64,000 bases of DNA, from assembly GCF_009834535.1 (NCBI RefSeq), contig NC_045697.1, positions 72,666,001 to 72,730,000 on the forward strand. The letters run 5' to 3'. The translations under genes were made by a program, and so were the position numbers. Below, piece after piece: positions 26,160 through 38,674 of the stretch. The notes beneath the pieces are model-generated. The model worked only from the letters and a program-made list of their open reading frames with translations. It was not told where the DNA came from and did no database searches. Numbering within the stretch: position 1 is the first letter of the stretch; every line of letters begins with the position of its first letter. The DNA is from Camelus ferus (Eukaryota).

Positions 26160-27309
26160 CTGGGAAACAAACAAACAAAAAAGGGGGCAAAGTCCTTGCA
26201 CTCTCTGGTTGCCTCCAGTTAATTGACATTAGGATTGGGAGAAGCAGTGGGTCAAGAAGGGCCAGGACAGGAAGTGCTGGGGACTGGGGTGAACTGCATG
26301 CCAATTGTCATGTGAAAATTTATGCCTGTTTTTGCCATATCTTGCAGTTATTTGTGAATAGCCAGGAATCTGGATTTTATGTTTTATTATATTAAAACTA
26401 ACTAGAAATAAAATATGACATGAGTCAAACAAAGCAAGTCTATGAGCTGTATTTGGTGTGTAGCTTACAGATTTATAACTTCTGTGCAAGGAGATCTTAG
26501 GCTCAGGCTTATATTTCATGCCATTTGACTTCCCTTTATTGTAAATAGCAATCCGAATCTCACTACCAGTCTTAATAATATCGTGTCATACATATGAAGG
26601 CTTATTTCTGACAACTAGATTCTATGTTCTATTAGGGAAGGGACTGAGACCACTTGGTTTATTACTATGTCTGGTCCTATTATAGTCAGTACTCAATTAG
26701 TATTTGTTGACTATGTTAATTCCAGGCAGAAAATTGGAATTCAAAATTTATGGGGCAAATACGGGAGATGGTTTGCAAACATAATGTCTAGTAGCAAGTG
26801 CATACAGAATACAAAATCTTATAAAAAAACTGATAGTATTTCTTTATTTTATGCACTATCTGAATTTCTTCACTTCTGTTTTTTTCCTTAGTATTTTACT
26901 TTGTGTTTGTTTCTTTTAGTTTTTGTAGGAGAGAGAAATAATTGGACATAGGTTGTTTAGGACCTTTCAGAACAAGAATTTTTAAAAAAGATTTCTTTGT
27001 GCTCACGAAATATAGATGTCCTTTTGTATGGATTTGAAATATTCTGCTCTTTTTTTTATAAACTAGCTAAATGTCTTGGTAGTTCTAATATTTTGGTATC
27101 CAGGCTGCTTCTTTCTGTTAGCAATTACACAAAAGAAATCTTTGGTCAAAGTATCCTCAATCCTAGTTCTGAATATGTGGTCACCATTTGTTTTTCCTAC
27201 CAAATCATTCGACATTCATGCTTACGTATTTTCCTTTCTCGAAATCCAGTTTAACTACTTGGTTGAAGGCACTCGTAATACCTCCTTAGTTATCATTCTC
27301 CTTGCAGTA

Positions 27310-27630
27310 AAGTGGCTCTCAGAGTGGGGTCCCCTGTAGGTCCCTGAGCCCTGATTCAAGAGGTCTATGAGATCAAAATTATTTTCATAATAATAGTAAG
27401 CCTTTTTGACCTCTTTTATTGTGTTGCTGTTTGCACCAACAGTGCAAAAGCAAGGGTAGATGAAACTGCTGGATTTTAGCAGGAATTAAGGTACCACACA
27501 TTAGCAGTGAGAATTTAAGACAACACAACAATAAAAACAGACTCAGTTAAGAATGTCCTTCTACGGTGTATCAAAGTACAATGGCTCTCTCAAGGAAAAA
27601 CACTTTTTTTTTTTTTGACTCACAGACTGA
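27310..27630 (+). mobile_element. hAT-Charlie non-autonomous DNA transposon
   Basis: gtggctctcagagtggggtcc terminus, gatcaaaattattttcataataatag, decayed CTDGAKAM and EVRWLSRGK coding motifs. Confidence 0.75.
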
Positions 27631-27779
27631 GGCCTTCCAAAGTGATCTGGAATTTCATTTTGCTTAGGGTGGGATGGGGAGTTCACTGGAGGAGCAGTGG
27701 AATAAATAGGCAGTACTTGATGCAAGGGCTCACTAAAGATTAGGGTTTAGTGCAAGAAAAACAACATGTATTTCAATTG

Positions 27780-28330
27780 TTTTTAATAAATTTATAAAGT
27801 TTAGATATCACCACAATCCATTTTTAGAACATTTACATTACTCCCCAAATTTCCCTCAGTCTTGCTCGCAAGTAAGCCCAATTCCAAACCCTTCAGTCAC
27901 AGGGAATCACTGATCTGCCTTTTGTTTCTTTTAACTTGTCTTTTTAGGATATTTCATATAAATAGAATCATATAGCATGTAGTGTTTTGTGTATGACTTC
28001 TATCACTTCGCATGTTTTTGAGGTTCATCTGTGTTACAGCATGTATTGGCATTTTATTCCTTTTTATTGTCAAATAATAGTTCTTTGTATTTGCAACATT
28101 TTGTTTATCCATTCATCAATTAATGGATGTTTGGATTGTTTCCAGATTTTGGCTCTTATGACTAAGAATGCTATAAATATTCACAAGGTACTATTTTTAT
28201 TTCTCTGTTGATTTTTAAAACTATTTTGAGGTTTTTTTTTTTTTTAGTTGTTATACTTTCTGTCTCCAAAATTCCCATTTAATTTCTAATTCTATATTAT
28301 TTCTAGATTTTTGTTGAAATTCTTTATTCA
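27780..28330 (-). mobile_element. Old L1 3' fragments
   Basis: caccacaatccatttttagaacatt...atttcatataaatagaatcatat...gtttatccattcatc. Confidence 0.75.
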
Positions 28331-28973
28331 CTGCAATCACAATCCTGAAGTGGGGTCATGATACAGGACTTCTTTCAAGGGAAACAGTCTTGTCAGGGAC
28401 AGAAAAAGTTAAAGGTAACTTTAACTTTTACTTTTTAGGTAACTTCTGATTTCCCAATACCCTCTGTCCAAAGACTCTTAATGTAGTTTAGGATGTGGTG
28501 TTTTTACAATCTCTATTTTTTCAAACTTTTTTATTGTATCATTAATATTATGCCCTGAATCCATCACAGTTTTCGATTTTGATATCCAAAGTTTCAATTT
28601 TTGAAACTCAAAAACCCTTTGCTATCAAAACTATTTTTTCTACCATGAGTTTCAGAAAGTTATTTCAAAAACCCAAAGCTATGATTCTATTTCTTTTTAT
28701 TGTTTTCTGTGATAAAATAACAGGAGTTCTGCTTGAGTGAGAGGAAGGAACATGGGTGTAAAATGAATAACCAGGACCGAAAATACATCAATTAATATAG
28801 GAAAACATTATTTCACTATATATATTCCAAAACTCTGAAGGGATCATGTTTAAAAACTTGGGGGGGGTCTTCTGTTTTGTGATGTGGAGTGTGGATGACA
28901 ATAAAAAATTATGAAGTAATTGGAATATTTCAACTGCAAGAATAGTTGTTCTTCACCCTGTGCACCTACTTAC

Positions 28974-29085
28974 TTATAACTCCCTTTATCTGGTACCAAG
29001 TCTACTTCTCCCCTCTTCTTTTCAGCACATCAGGTAGATTGACTGAGTATATTTTTCTTGTTTGATACTTCATGTTTTTTCTCTT
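28974..29085 (-). pseudogene. 3' part of candidate pseudo-exon, after the L1
   Basis: KEKKHEVSNKKNILSQST*CAEKKRGEVDLVPDKGSY followed by donor aa|gtaagt. Confidence 0.33.
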
Positions 29086-31689
29086 TTTTTATTGATTAAT
29101 CAACACTGACACATCATAATCACCTAAAGTATATAGTTTACATTATGATTCACTCTTAGTGTTGTACATTCTATAGGTTTGGACAACTGTATACTGACAT
29201 GTATTTATCACTGTAACATCACATGTAGTATTTTCACTGCCCTAAAAATCCTCTGTGCTCTGCTATTTGTCCATCCCCCAACATAGCACCTAGTTCCCCT
29301 CCCCATCCTGTAACTACTGATCTTTTGTTGTCTCCATAGTTATTCCTTTTCCAGAATGTTCTATATTTGGAATCATTGAGTATATGAGCCTTTTCAGATT
29401 GGCTTCTTCTACTTAGAAATATGCACTTAAAGTTTTTTTCATGTCTTGTCATGATTTGATAGCTCGTTTCTTTTTAGCTGAATAATATTCCATTGTCTGG
29501 ATGGATCACAGTCTGTTTATGCATTCACTTACTGAAGGACATAGCTGTTGGTTCTAAATTTTGGCAATTAAGAACAAAGCTGCTGTAAACATCTGTATGC
29601 AGATTTCTGTGTAGACTTAAATCTTCATTTCATTTGGATAAATACCAAGGAGTCCAATTGCTGAATCAAATGATAAGAGTATATTTAATTTTCTAAGAAA
29701 CTGCCAGACTGTCTTCCAAAGTGGCTATACCATTTTGCATTCCCACCAGTGATGAATGACAGTTCCTGTTGCTCCACAACCTCACCAGTATTTGGTATTG
29801 TCAGTGTTCTGGACTATGGTCATTCTGGTAGGTGTGTTGTGGTAGGGATCTCATTGCTGTCTTAATTTACATATCACTATTGACGTATGATGAGGAGCAC
29901 CTTTTTGTATGCTTATTTTCCATCTGCATATATTCTTTGGCGAGGTATCTGTTAAGAGCTATGGCCCATTTTAAAATTGAGTTGTTTGTTTTCTCATTGT
30001 TGAATTTTAAGTGTTCTTTATATATTTTGGATAATAGTCCTTTATCAGATGTGTCTCTTGCAAGTATTTTCTTCTAGTCTGTGGCTTGCCTTCTTATTGT
30101 CTGGACACTGTCTTTCACAAAGCAGACATTTAAAATTTTAGTGAAATCTAGTCTATCAGTTACTTCTTTCATGGATCATGCCTATGAAATTAGAACAAAA
30201 AAGTCATCACCCAAGGTTATCTATATAAACTGTTACTTGTCTCCGAGGAGTTTTAGTTTTGCATTTTACATTTAAGTCTGTGATCCATTTTGAGTTAATT
30301 TTTGTAAAGGGTGTAATGTCTGTATCTAGATTTATTTATTTTTTTTGCATGTAGGTGTTCAATCATTCCAGCACCATTTGTTGAAAAGATGATCTTTGCT
30401 TCATTGCATTGCCTTTGTTCCTTTATTGAAGATTGGTTAGTCTATGTTTATTTGGGTCTATTTCTAGGCTCTCTATTCTATTCCATTGGTCTTTTTGCTA
30501 TTCTTTTGTCAATACCACAGTCTTGGTTATTGTAGATTTATAGTAATTCTTGAAATTGGGTAGTGTAAGTCTTCCAACTTTGTTCTTCTATTTATTTATT
30601 TTTTTCTTTTAATAATGTATTGACTACTCTGGGTCTTTTGCCTATCCATATAAATGTTAGAATTAGTTTGTCAACATCCTCAGAATAATTTGCTGGGGCT
30701 TTGATTTGGATTGCATTGAATCTATAGATCAAGTTTAGAAAAACCGACGTCTTGACAACATTGAGTCTTCCTATCCATGAACATGAAATATCTCACTATT
30801 TGTTTAGTTCTTTGATTTTATTCATCAGAGTTTTAGAGTTTTTCCTTATACAGATTTTATATAAATTTTATTAGATTTATCCCTAAGTATTTCATGTTTT
30901 TAAAAGTTAATATAAGTGGTATTCTGTTTTTAATTTCAAATTCTACTGTTATATAAGGAAGTGATTACCTTTTGTATATTAATCTTATATCCTCAAAATT
31001 TGCTATAATTGTTAGTAGTTTTTTTTGTCAATTAATTCAGATTTTCTACGTAGACAATTGTATCTTCTGTGAACAAAGACAGTTTTATTACTCCCTTCCC
31101 AATCTCTATACTTTTAATTTCCTTTTCTTGCCTTATTACATTAGCAAGGGCTAAGAAGTAGTGAGAGGGGACATCCTATCTTATACCTGATCTTAGAAAA
31201 TTTAGTGGAAATGTCCTTCACCATAAAGTATGATGTTAGCTGTAGATTTTTTGTGAATAGTTTTTATCAAGTCGAGAAAGTTCCTCTCTATTCCTAGTTT
31301 ACTGAGAGTTTTTATTATGAGTAAGTGCCAGATTTTGTCAAATGCTTTTTCTGCATCTACTGATATGATCATGTGATTTTTCCTTTTGTCTGTTGATGTG
31401 ATGGATTACAATTAATTGATGATTAATAGATGAACCAGTCTTGCAAGTTAGGATAGATTTCACTTTGTCGTGATGTATAATTCTTTTTATACCTTGTTGA
31501 TTTGGTAATTTTTTGTTGAGGAGTTTTGCATCTATGTTCATGGGAGATACTGGTCTGTAGTTTTCTTCTTTTGCAGTGTTTTTCTCTGATTTTGGTATTA
31601 GGGTAATGCTAGCCTCATAGAATGAATTAGGAAGGATTCTCTCTGCTTCTGTCCCTGAAAGAGATTGTAGAGAATTGCTACTTCGTATT
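29086..31689 (-). mobile_element. L1MC1/2-like element (ORF2 and 3'UTR)
   Basis: ORF2 peptide [15 protein letters not shown]...[14 protein letters not shown]; 3'UTR ttttcactgccctaaaaatcctctgtgctc. Confidence 0.9.
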
Positions 31690-32319
31690 TTCAACCTTTA
31701 TCTTCCTTCTTTTTTTGTTTTTAATTTCCAAGATATCAAAGAGATACAATGATGCCAGTTAATGAATGTTGATAACTAGAAGTGTGCTATATGTCTATCC
31801 CTTCCCAGATAATTTGTACAGATTACCAAAAGTCTTTTGTATATAATGCTGATGTAGGAAAGGGAATTTCATTCTAGGTTTGGTAGTAAGAGGGATCAGA
31901 GAGAGAGAAAGGAGGATTATGTTAGTCAGCAGAAGTTTTGGTGCAGGACTTCTTTTGTGATGTCATCCACATTCTATCCCAGCATGTTGCCTGACTCTTA
32001 TTCTGCTGGTTTGGGGCCTACTTTATGTTCATCTCTGAAGCCTTTTGCATCTGTTATTTTCTGAATATACTTTTAAAAAATCTATATTTCAAAGATATTT
32101 ACTTATTTTTTCTCTCTTTATAAACTTCATTTAAAACATTTATGATACCCCTTTTGCTTTCTTAGCCTGTAACCAAGTCTATCAGTGGGAGAAAGTGAAA
32201 AACTCTGTCAGCCCCAAAGCCATAATTCCCATTTATAGAAACAGAATCAGTTTTTTTGCAGGTGTGTAATTCCTTTGTAGAAGGGAATGGAGTTCTTTGT
32301 GAAGATTATTCATACTATA
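31690..32319 (-). pseudogene. 5' part of candidate pseudo-exon interrupted by L1
   Basis: Very strong acceptor ttttttttgctttgttttttgtattttgtag|; YSMNNLHKELHSLLQRNYTPAKK..., then ...GIINVLNEVYKREKK*...KYIQKITDAKGFRDEHKVGPKPAE*. Confidence 0.38.
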
Positions 32320-32456
32320 CTACAAAATACAAAAAACAAAGCAAAAAAAACCTGTGTTAATTTGAAAGAATTACAGCCATTAGTAAGTATTTACATTTAA
32401 TAACAGAAAGAGAATTAGCCCCATATATAACAATCTGTACATTCTATATCATTTAC

Positions 32457-32832
32457 CATATTGTGTATTTTGAGCAGGATATGGTATTTCGGACTCATTA
32501 AATGCATCCAGTGTTAGGAATTTTCTGCATACAAATATAAAAATATACCTGGAATGTGTTTTATAATATACACTGAATACTATTATTTTTTATTCATACA
32601 AGTGAAAGGACCTACTTATTTTGTTTACAATTTTACAAAGATTCCAATTTGTTTAGAAATTGTTCTACAGAAACACTTGCAATTACCTTTTCAGGTTTCA
32701 GAGCAAATCATTTTTCAAAAAATTAAATAATTTATATTTCAATACTCTGTAAAATATAATAGTGACTGCAAGGAAACAGGCTTGTTTCCTTCTTTTTTCA
32801 GTATTTTTTATTATTCATATATTTATTATTCC
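32457..32832 (-). pseudogene. Pair of candidate pseudo-exons (32832-32687 and 32524-32457; 162-nt intron)
   Basis: Donors aag|gtaatt and atg|gtaaat; spliced frame ...RVLKYKLFNFLKNDLL*NLKR|KFLTLDAFNESEIPYPAQNTQY; both stops in the first exon are TGA. Confidence 0.45.
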
Positions 32833-33648
32833 CTGCAAGATCACTTGTACAACCATTTGTATAATTTAGATATTTTCAAACTTGACTTCTAAATAAGCTA
32901 TTTGATTAAAATAAAGGCTTCCCCCATCAGTTTATCTAAACAACAGCTTTAGTTCTATTTTATATGATACTTATGTCTCACATGGAGCAAGTATTCAATA
33001 AGATTTGCTGAATTGATGAATGAATACCTGTGCTTGACAGATGTTTACAGGGTAGAAATGATCCTTCCGTTGACTGAAATCACTCCTCAGATCCTGTGGT
33101 TCAGTGTTTTCTTTGACTTAGGAGAGAAATTAAAGAATGACATTTTGAAAGTCTCAGTGCAAGATTTGGTAGGTCAGCCCTACATGTATCTTATTTCTTG
33201 CAGGGTAGCTCTGTTCTGTGAGGTGGCCCAGGGATATAAGAACCCCTGCCTTGTTGCTTCACCGTCCCTTAAAGCAGTGCTTCTCTAACCTTGTGTGTAT
33301 ATAAGCCATCTAAAAATCTTATTCAAATGCAAAACCTGTAATTTGTTAACCAACTATAGGCCTGGTATTCTTTGTTTTGTCTGATACTTTATGCTTTGTC
33401 TTAATGCAGAGTGAGAGCCTGCTGAAGCTTTTTGTTTCAATTTACTTACTTAAAATATGAATAATCAATAAAGCATAAATAGCTACATTTATTTTCCCCC
33501 TGAGGCACAGTTCAATCCTTGGGTTGACTGCGAAGCACTAAATTGTCTTGTTTGGCTGCGGTGGGAATAATTGAATGCCATTAATGATTAGTGAAATCTC
33601 GTCTGTGCTCTGTCCTTCTTCAGGGCCTGTTAGAATAGACTTGCATAC

Positions 33649-33821
33649 TAGTCCAAATCTCCCTTTGTGATTTGTTTATTAAACTGAACTGTATTCTTCC
33701 ATAGTTCAAGGCCTTGGTATTTTGTGGATATTTGTGCCTCCTTAATAATCTTCTTCCATACTCTTAGCTGACTGCTACATTCATTGTTGTTTCATTTCCG
33801 CTGACTTTAAATTGTTGATGT
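33649..33821 (-). pseudogene. Candidate pseudo-exon
   Basis: tttggcag|...cta|gtatgc; NNNECSSQLRVWKKIIKEAQISTKYQGLELWKNTVQFNKQITKGDLD is open in one frame. Confidence 0.3.
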
Positions 33822-34960
33822 CTGCCAAATTTTATAACTTCCCAGAGAAGAAAGGGAAATGAAACATGAACCAAGGAGCACTTGAACAAAATACGTGCTT
33901 CTGTTAGAGGGTGAGTGAATAAATACGTACTGAGAAGTCTCTAGGTATGGTCTCCTATTGAGAATCTTTGGCTAATTTGAGTCTACATATTCTTGCTTTA
34001 CCAAAGCAGAATCTTTAAAAAGGTGGAATTTTTAGTATCATAGGGGTTTTTACCTAGATGGGTATTTTGTAGTAGAAAAGTGACCACTTGCCCAGAGTTT
34101 AGCAGTTGGCCATGTAGATAAGAGAGTTGCTTCTAGTCAGACAAAGGACTCTAGTGCAGTAGACTTACTTGTAAAGGTAAACTTGTAATTGGCCTCTATC
34201 ATGGGATGCTCAGTTATTGCATTTAGGGAGGTATCCTTTGGGCGTCTGTTACATTTCTTCCTCTATGAGATGGACTCTGTGAGAGTTTATTACTGGAGTT
34301 TCCGACACTAGAACTGAAATGAGAGCATTCTGGGCTTATGATGAAATCCATAGAACTTCCTCAAGAAAAATATGCACATATAGATGCACTCAAATTTCTA
34401 ATTATAATTTTAGGGAATTTGTAGAACTCAAAAGTAAGATTAAAAATAACTGAGGCTAGGAAGAGAAAGGAGTGTAAAACAGCTGGAGTTAAAAGGGGAA
34501 GATATCACTGATGAGATAAAATAAAACAAGGAAAGAAGGTGAAATAATAAATAAATTTAATGTACAGACTGTGTTCTTCAGATTATTAGCGTCTAGCTTT
34601 GCACGCTCAATGGATAAACAATTTCTCTGGGACTTCAGGAAATGACTTCCCTCTTAAAGATCAGTGGCAAAGATGAAAAAATAAAGGGAAATTGCTAATA
34701 TATACCAAGATAAATGTCAGTATACAAATGCAGCAGTCACACTTTAAAATTTTATCTTGAAGAAATAAAAAAGAGTGGATGAAAATATTCACGTCTATGA
34801 ATGCTAGTTTAAGTGCTACAACAGCAAAAATGCAAGCACCTTGAGTTCAACAGTAAAGCACAGATCAGTTAAATATGGGATGTTTTTGTCAATACATTAC
34901 TATGCAGTAATGAACAATAATGTAGACAAATGCATCTTAAATTTTAATGTGCAGGTGAAT

Positions 34961-35149
34961 CAGTGGTGAGCTGGTAAATGCTTCACAATTGGCTCTATGA
35001 CACAAATTTTGGTTTGATGATTTCTGTGATATAAATACTCCACCAGGGCTGATTTCAAGCTACCAAAGTGATGCCAGTGAATGTAGAGTTGGGAGGAAAT
35101 GTGCACAATTGGCTCTCTTAAGATGAAAGCCACCTCCAGTACACCACTG
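34961..35149 (+). mobile_element. MER63-like hAT element nested in a MER5-like element (~34930-35285)
   Basis: TIRs cagtggtgagctgg/ccagtacaccactg; flanks read gaatcacttg...atgcagattctgattcactaggtct. Confidence 0.75.
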
Positions 35150-35519
35150 AATATGAATCACTTGTGGTCTCATTTTAATGCAGATTCTGATTCACTAGGT
35201 CTAGGATAAAGTCTGAGAATTTTCACATTTAAGAAGCTCTTAGGTCATGCTGTAGCTGCTGTTCTCAGGACAACTGGAGCAGGGAGAGTGTCGAATAATA
35301 TCTGTTGACAAGGGGGAATATGTTCCCAGTGTATTCCTTTATGCCATTATATTAGGAGACAAAACTGTGTAGATTGTTCTACTATTTTCCAAAAGTATAT
35401 GTAATATAAACATATTGTATCATAATATATTCACATATGTCTATATAATATGTTTATGCCTACTAAGTTGATACAAGCATAACTTGTAGGAACGAAATCA
35501 AAATGAAATTTTTTTTTTG

Positions 35520-36500
35520 TCTCCTTCAGCCCCTTTAAAATTAATTTAGTGGAGAAAGTTTCTCCCTCTGTATGTAAGCTTAAAAATGAACAAAATTATA
35601 AAACACAGTATCAATTTAAAAATCAGAGTGTGAAGTTGTATTAATCAGACCTCCAAACTTTAAATCTTCTATTCTCTTTCAGCCAGCACAGCGTTCAGGT
35701 GGGCTACTTGCTTTTGGGAAGGGTGTATGGATAGCTTCTCTTCCACCTCCTGTTCTTGATTTGAAGTTTTCCAACCTGACGTCAGGCCCTTCCATGACTG
35801 ATGCACCTGGGAGAAAGGAGAGAAAGGAGGGATAAAAAAGTTCTCAGTGGAACTCTTGGTGCTGTAAGCTGGCTTTGGCTCTCTGGGCTGGCAGATGGTG
35901 GACTCTTGATCCCTTTCATGGAGGACTCTGGTGGATTCCTCAGATCTTTGTATCTGGGACTTCTTCATGCTGTGCCTCAGCTTGAAAATTGTTATTCTTC
36001 TGTTGTCTTCTGAGATACTTTCTGTAACCCCTAGGAATTCTGAGTCCACCTCCAATTTCTTGTTGCTGGAATCCCTTCAACCTTCTAGAGACCGAAGACA
36101 ATTCTAGCATTCTTTCACATGGCCACTTTTCACATATCTTTAAACCTGAGCAACTCAGAAAAGTTGAGATCAAGTCTCACGCAGCAGTCGCTCACCTGGG
36201 CCCGCCATCAGAGCAGTCAGACTTTGCACCCTCTAGATTTCCCCAATCGAGTGTCAGACTCCAGCCTACCACACCCCCACTTTACACTCTCCCACTCATT
36301 CTGTTGAAGCCGGTTTCCCTCCTTCATCATTGAGCTTGAGGTATGGGATGGGCATTCCCAGTGCTTCCCCTTTGAGTGTCAGTGGGATGCCTAGCATTTC
36401 AGTAGCTTTCTCCCCAGATCTTCTCTTGAAAGTTCCCCCCTCCTGTGTAGGTTTCATTTTGCCTCCCTGATGTGGTTAAAAATTCTAAGAGCCTTGGAAG
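35520..36500 (-). mobile_element. Possible ancient Gypsy-type LTR (MamGypLTR/LTR8x class)
   Basis: GC-richer block, purine-rich on the minus strand, ending in an AT-rich tail; recognised by resemblance only. Confidence 0.3.
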
Positions 36501-38239
36501 AATCCTCTCCTTTCTACTTTTTAAAAACTGATAAATTATACATTTGAGTCTGGCCTTTCTCTCAGGAATGCAAGATCAATCGTGTTTTGGTCTTGATTGA
36601 AATTGAACTTTAGCAAACATAATACAAAAACAGAAGGATATGCCTCAAAATACTAACATTGGCTATGAAGAGGTGGTGAGGTTATGGGTGTTTTCCTCTG
36701 GACCTGTATTTATTTTCTCATTTTCCTGTGACTATATCACTTTTATAACTTAAACTATATTATTAAAAAGCAACACATTTTTTGTTTTTGGCTTTTTAAA
36801 TTTGACTCTAAATCAGTTGTTTTTTTTATCACTAGCCTGGTTCTTATTTCTTGGTTCAATCTCTAAGTGCTGTCCTAATTATGCCACAGTTAGGAAAATA
36901 TGTATAAATGTCATGTTTTTAAAGAGCCAGTTTAATATCTGAAAGAGACAGTGAAATGCTTAGAATTTTATATTATACGTGTGTAAAAATGACTTTTCTT
37001 GTTGAAGGCAAATATTGCCTGATTTAATGAAAGTTCTTAAATCTCGATTCATCCTAGGTTTGTGTATATCGGGTTACTTTTGTCTTTTTGTGTATCACCC
37101 TCTCCAATTTATAAAAAATGTAAAAGAAATAATACTTTCTCCCCTAGCTAAAAGCACACACCAAATTTCCCCATGGTTAGGAGAGATGATGGAAAACAGG
37201 ACTAAATGTAGGGTACATACAGAATTAATGAATGATGTCATCCTAATTGACAGGTGGAGCATAGCTTGGCAATCTGGAAGCAGGTGACACTTGGAAATAC
37301 AAGCAAGGAGACTTTGGTGTCAAAACTCATTTGGTATCATGTATTCTAACCTCTGGGCTACAGGTTAGGATCAGAACTCTAGTCCATAGATAGGGCCTTG
37401 GAAAGAGTATAGTATTCAGGGCCCTTGTTTTGGAAGTGGTGTTGTTCTGGATATTTTATAGAACCAAGGATTCTAATTCACTTAATATATAGACCTTCGA
37501 ACAAGGAGTCTTTTCAGTTTTCTATACCAGTGAAAAGACTGGTCTGGAGCAGTTATGGGGACAAAAAATGGTGAATAGGAGAATACTCAAGTTATTTGAC
37601 GTCAAGTGCAAGATCAGGGCTGGACCACAAGTGAGGATGATAGATGCTGGATCCTGCGGTTTACATCGATGTTCCTTACATTCTACATGCGGGAGGTTAG
37701 ACTTAGTTTTAGAATTTTCTACTTGGGGTGAGGATGGTGGTAAGAGGTTTCTTACAGAAAGGAGTCAGTGTGAAGGTAGGTGCCAGGGATTCAAGTCGGT
37801 TATGTTTGTATTTCTCAGTGTAATCCTGAAATTACTTGCATTTGAATCATTTTGAAGGCTTACTGAATGTGAATTTTCATCCTCTCTGAATGACGTGTCT
37901 GAGTGTATGTCAAGGAAATCTGCATAGATGTGAAGAATCACACATCTCAAGTGTGATTCTTATGCACTCCGGAGTCCAGGAACCACTAAAACAGGGCATG
38001 GCAGTCATCTCAAGATGAGCCTTTGGCTTTAAATGTCTTTTGCTTTCAGCTGTGCTGATACTCCCAGCCTTTACTATTCAGCTCAAACATTATCTTTTGT
38101 AAAGCTATTCACAGTTTTCCTAGATGAAATGAATTACATACAAAGGCTCAGTGCTTTCATGGCACTTTCCTTTATTATGTTTTGGGTAATTTAATGTCTT
38201 ATAATACAGTTCTTTGTATGTGTGGGATACTTCTCTTGG

Positions 38240-38475
38240 GGCAGGACAGTGTGCATTGTGGTCATTGTGGTCAAGAGTCAGCCTGAATTTAAGACTCACC
38301 TGCACCTCTCACCAGCTGCGTAATTTTAGCCAAATGCTTAATTTTCTCTTAATGCTTCACTTTCCTTCCTTGTAAAATGAAGGTAGTTGTGAGAATTAGA
38401 TGAGTTAATGTAAGTAAAGCACTTAATAGTGTGTAGCATACCCTGTATATTCAAGGAATTTTTGCTATTATTATT
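38240..38475 (+). mobile_element. MIR SINE
   Basis: cacctctcaccagctgcg...gtaaaatgaagg...gtaaagcacttaatagtg. Confidence 0.78.
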
Positions 38476-38674
38476 TGCTGAGGGAAGATACATCGTATCA
38501 ATTTCTGTCAAGCACCAAATGCAGAAGTAGACACTCAAGAAAATTACTGAAATTGAACTGAATTCATCTCACAGAGCAGTTTTTTTTTTTTTTTCTCACA
38601 AAGCAGTTTTAAGGTTAGACAGGACAATATTCAAGTAGGGAAGACTCACTTGTTTCTCTGGGAAAAAAAAATAC

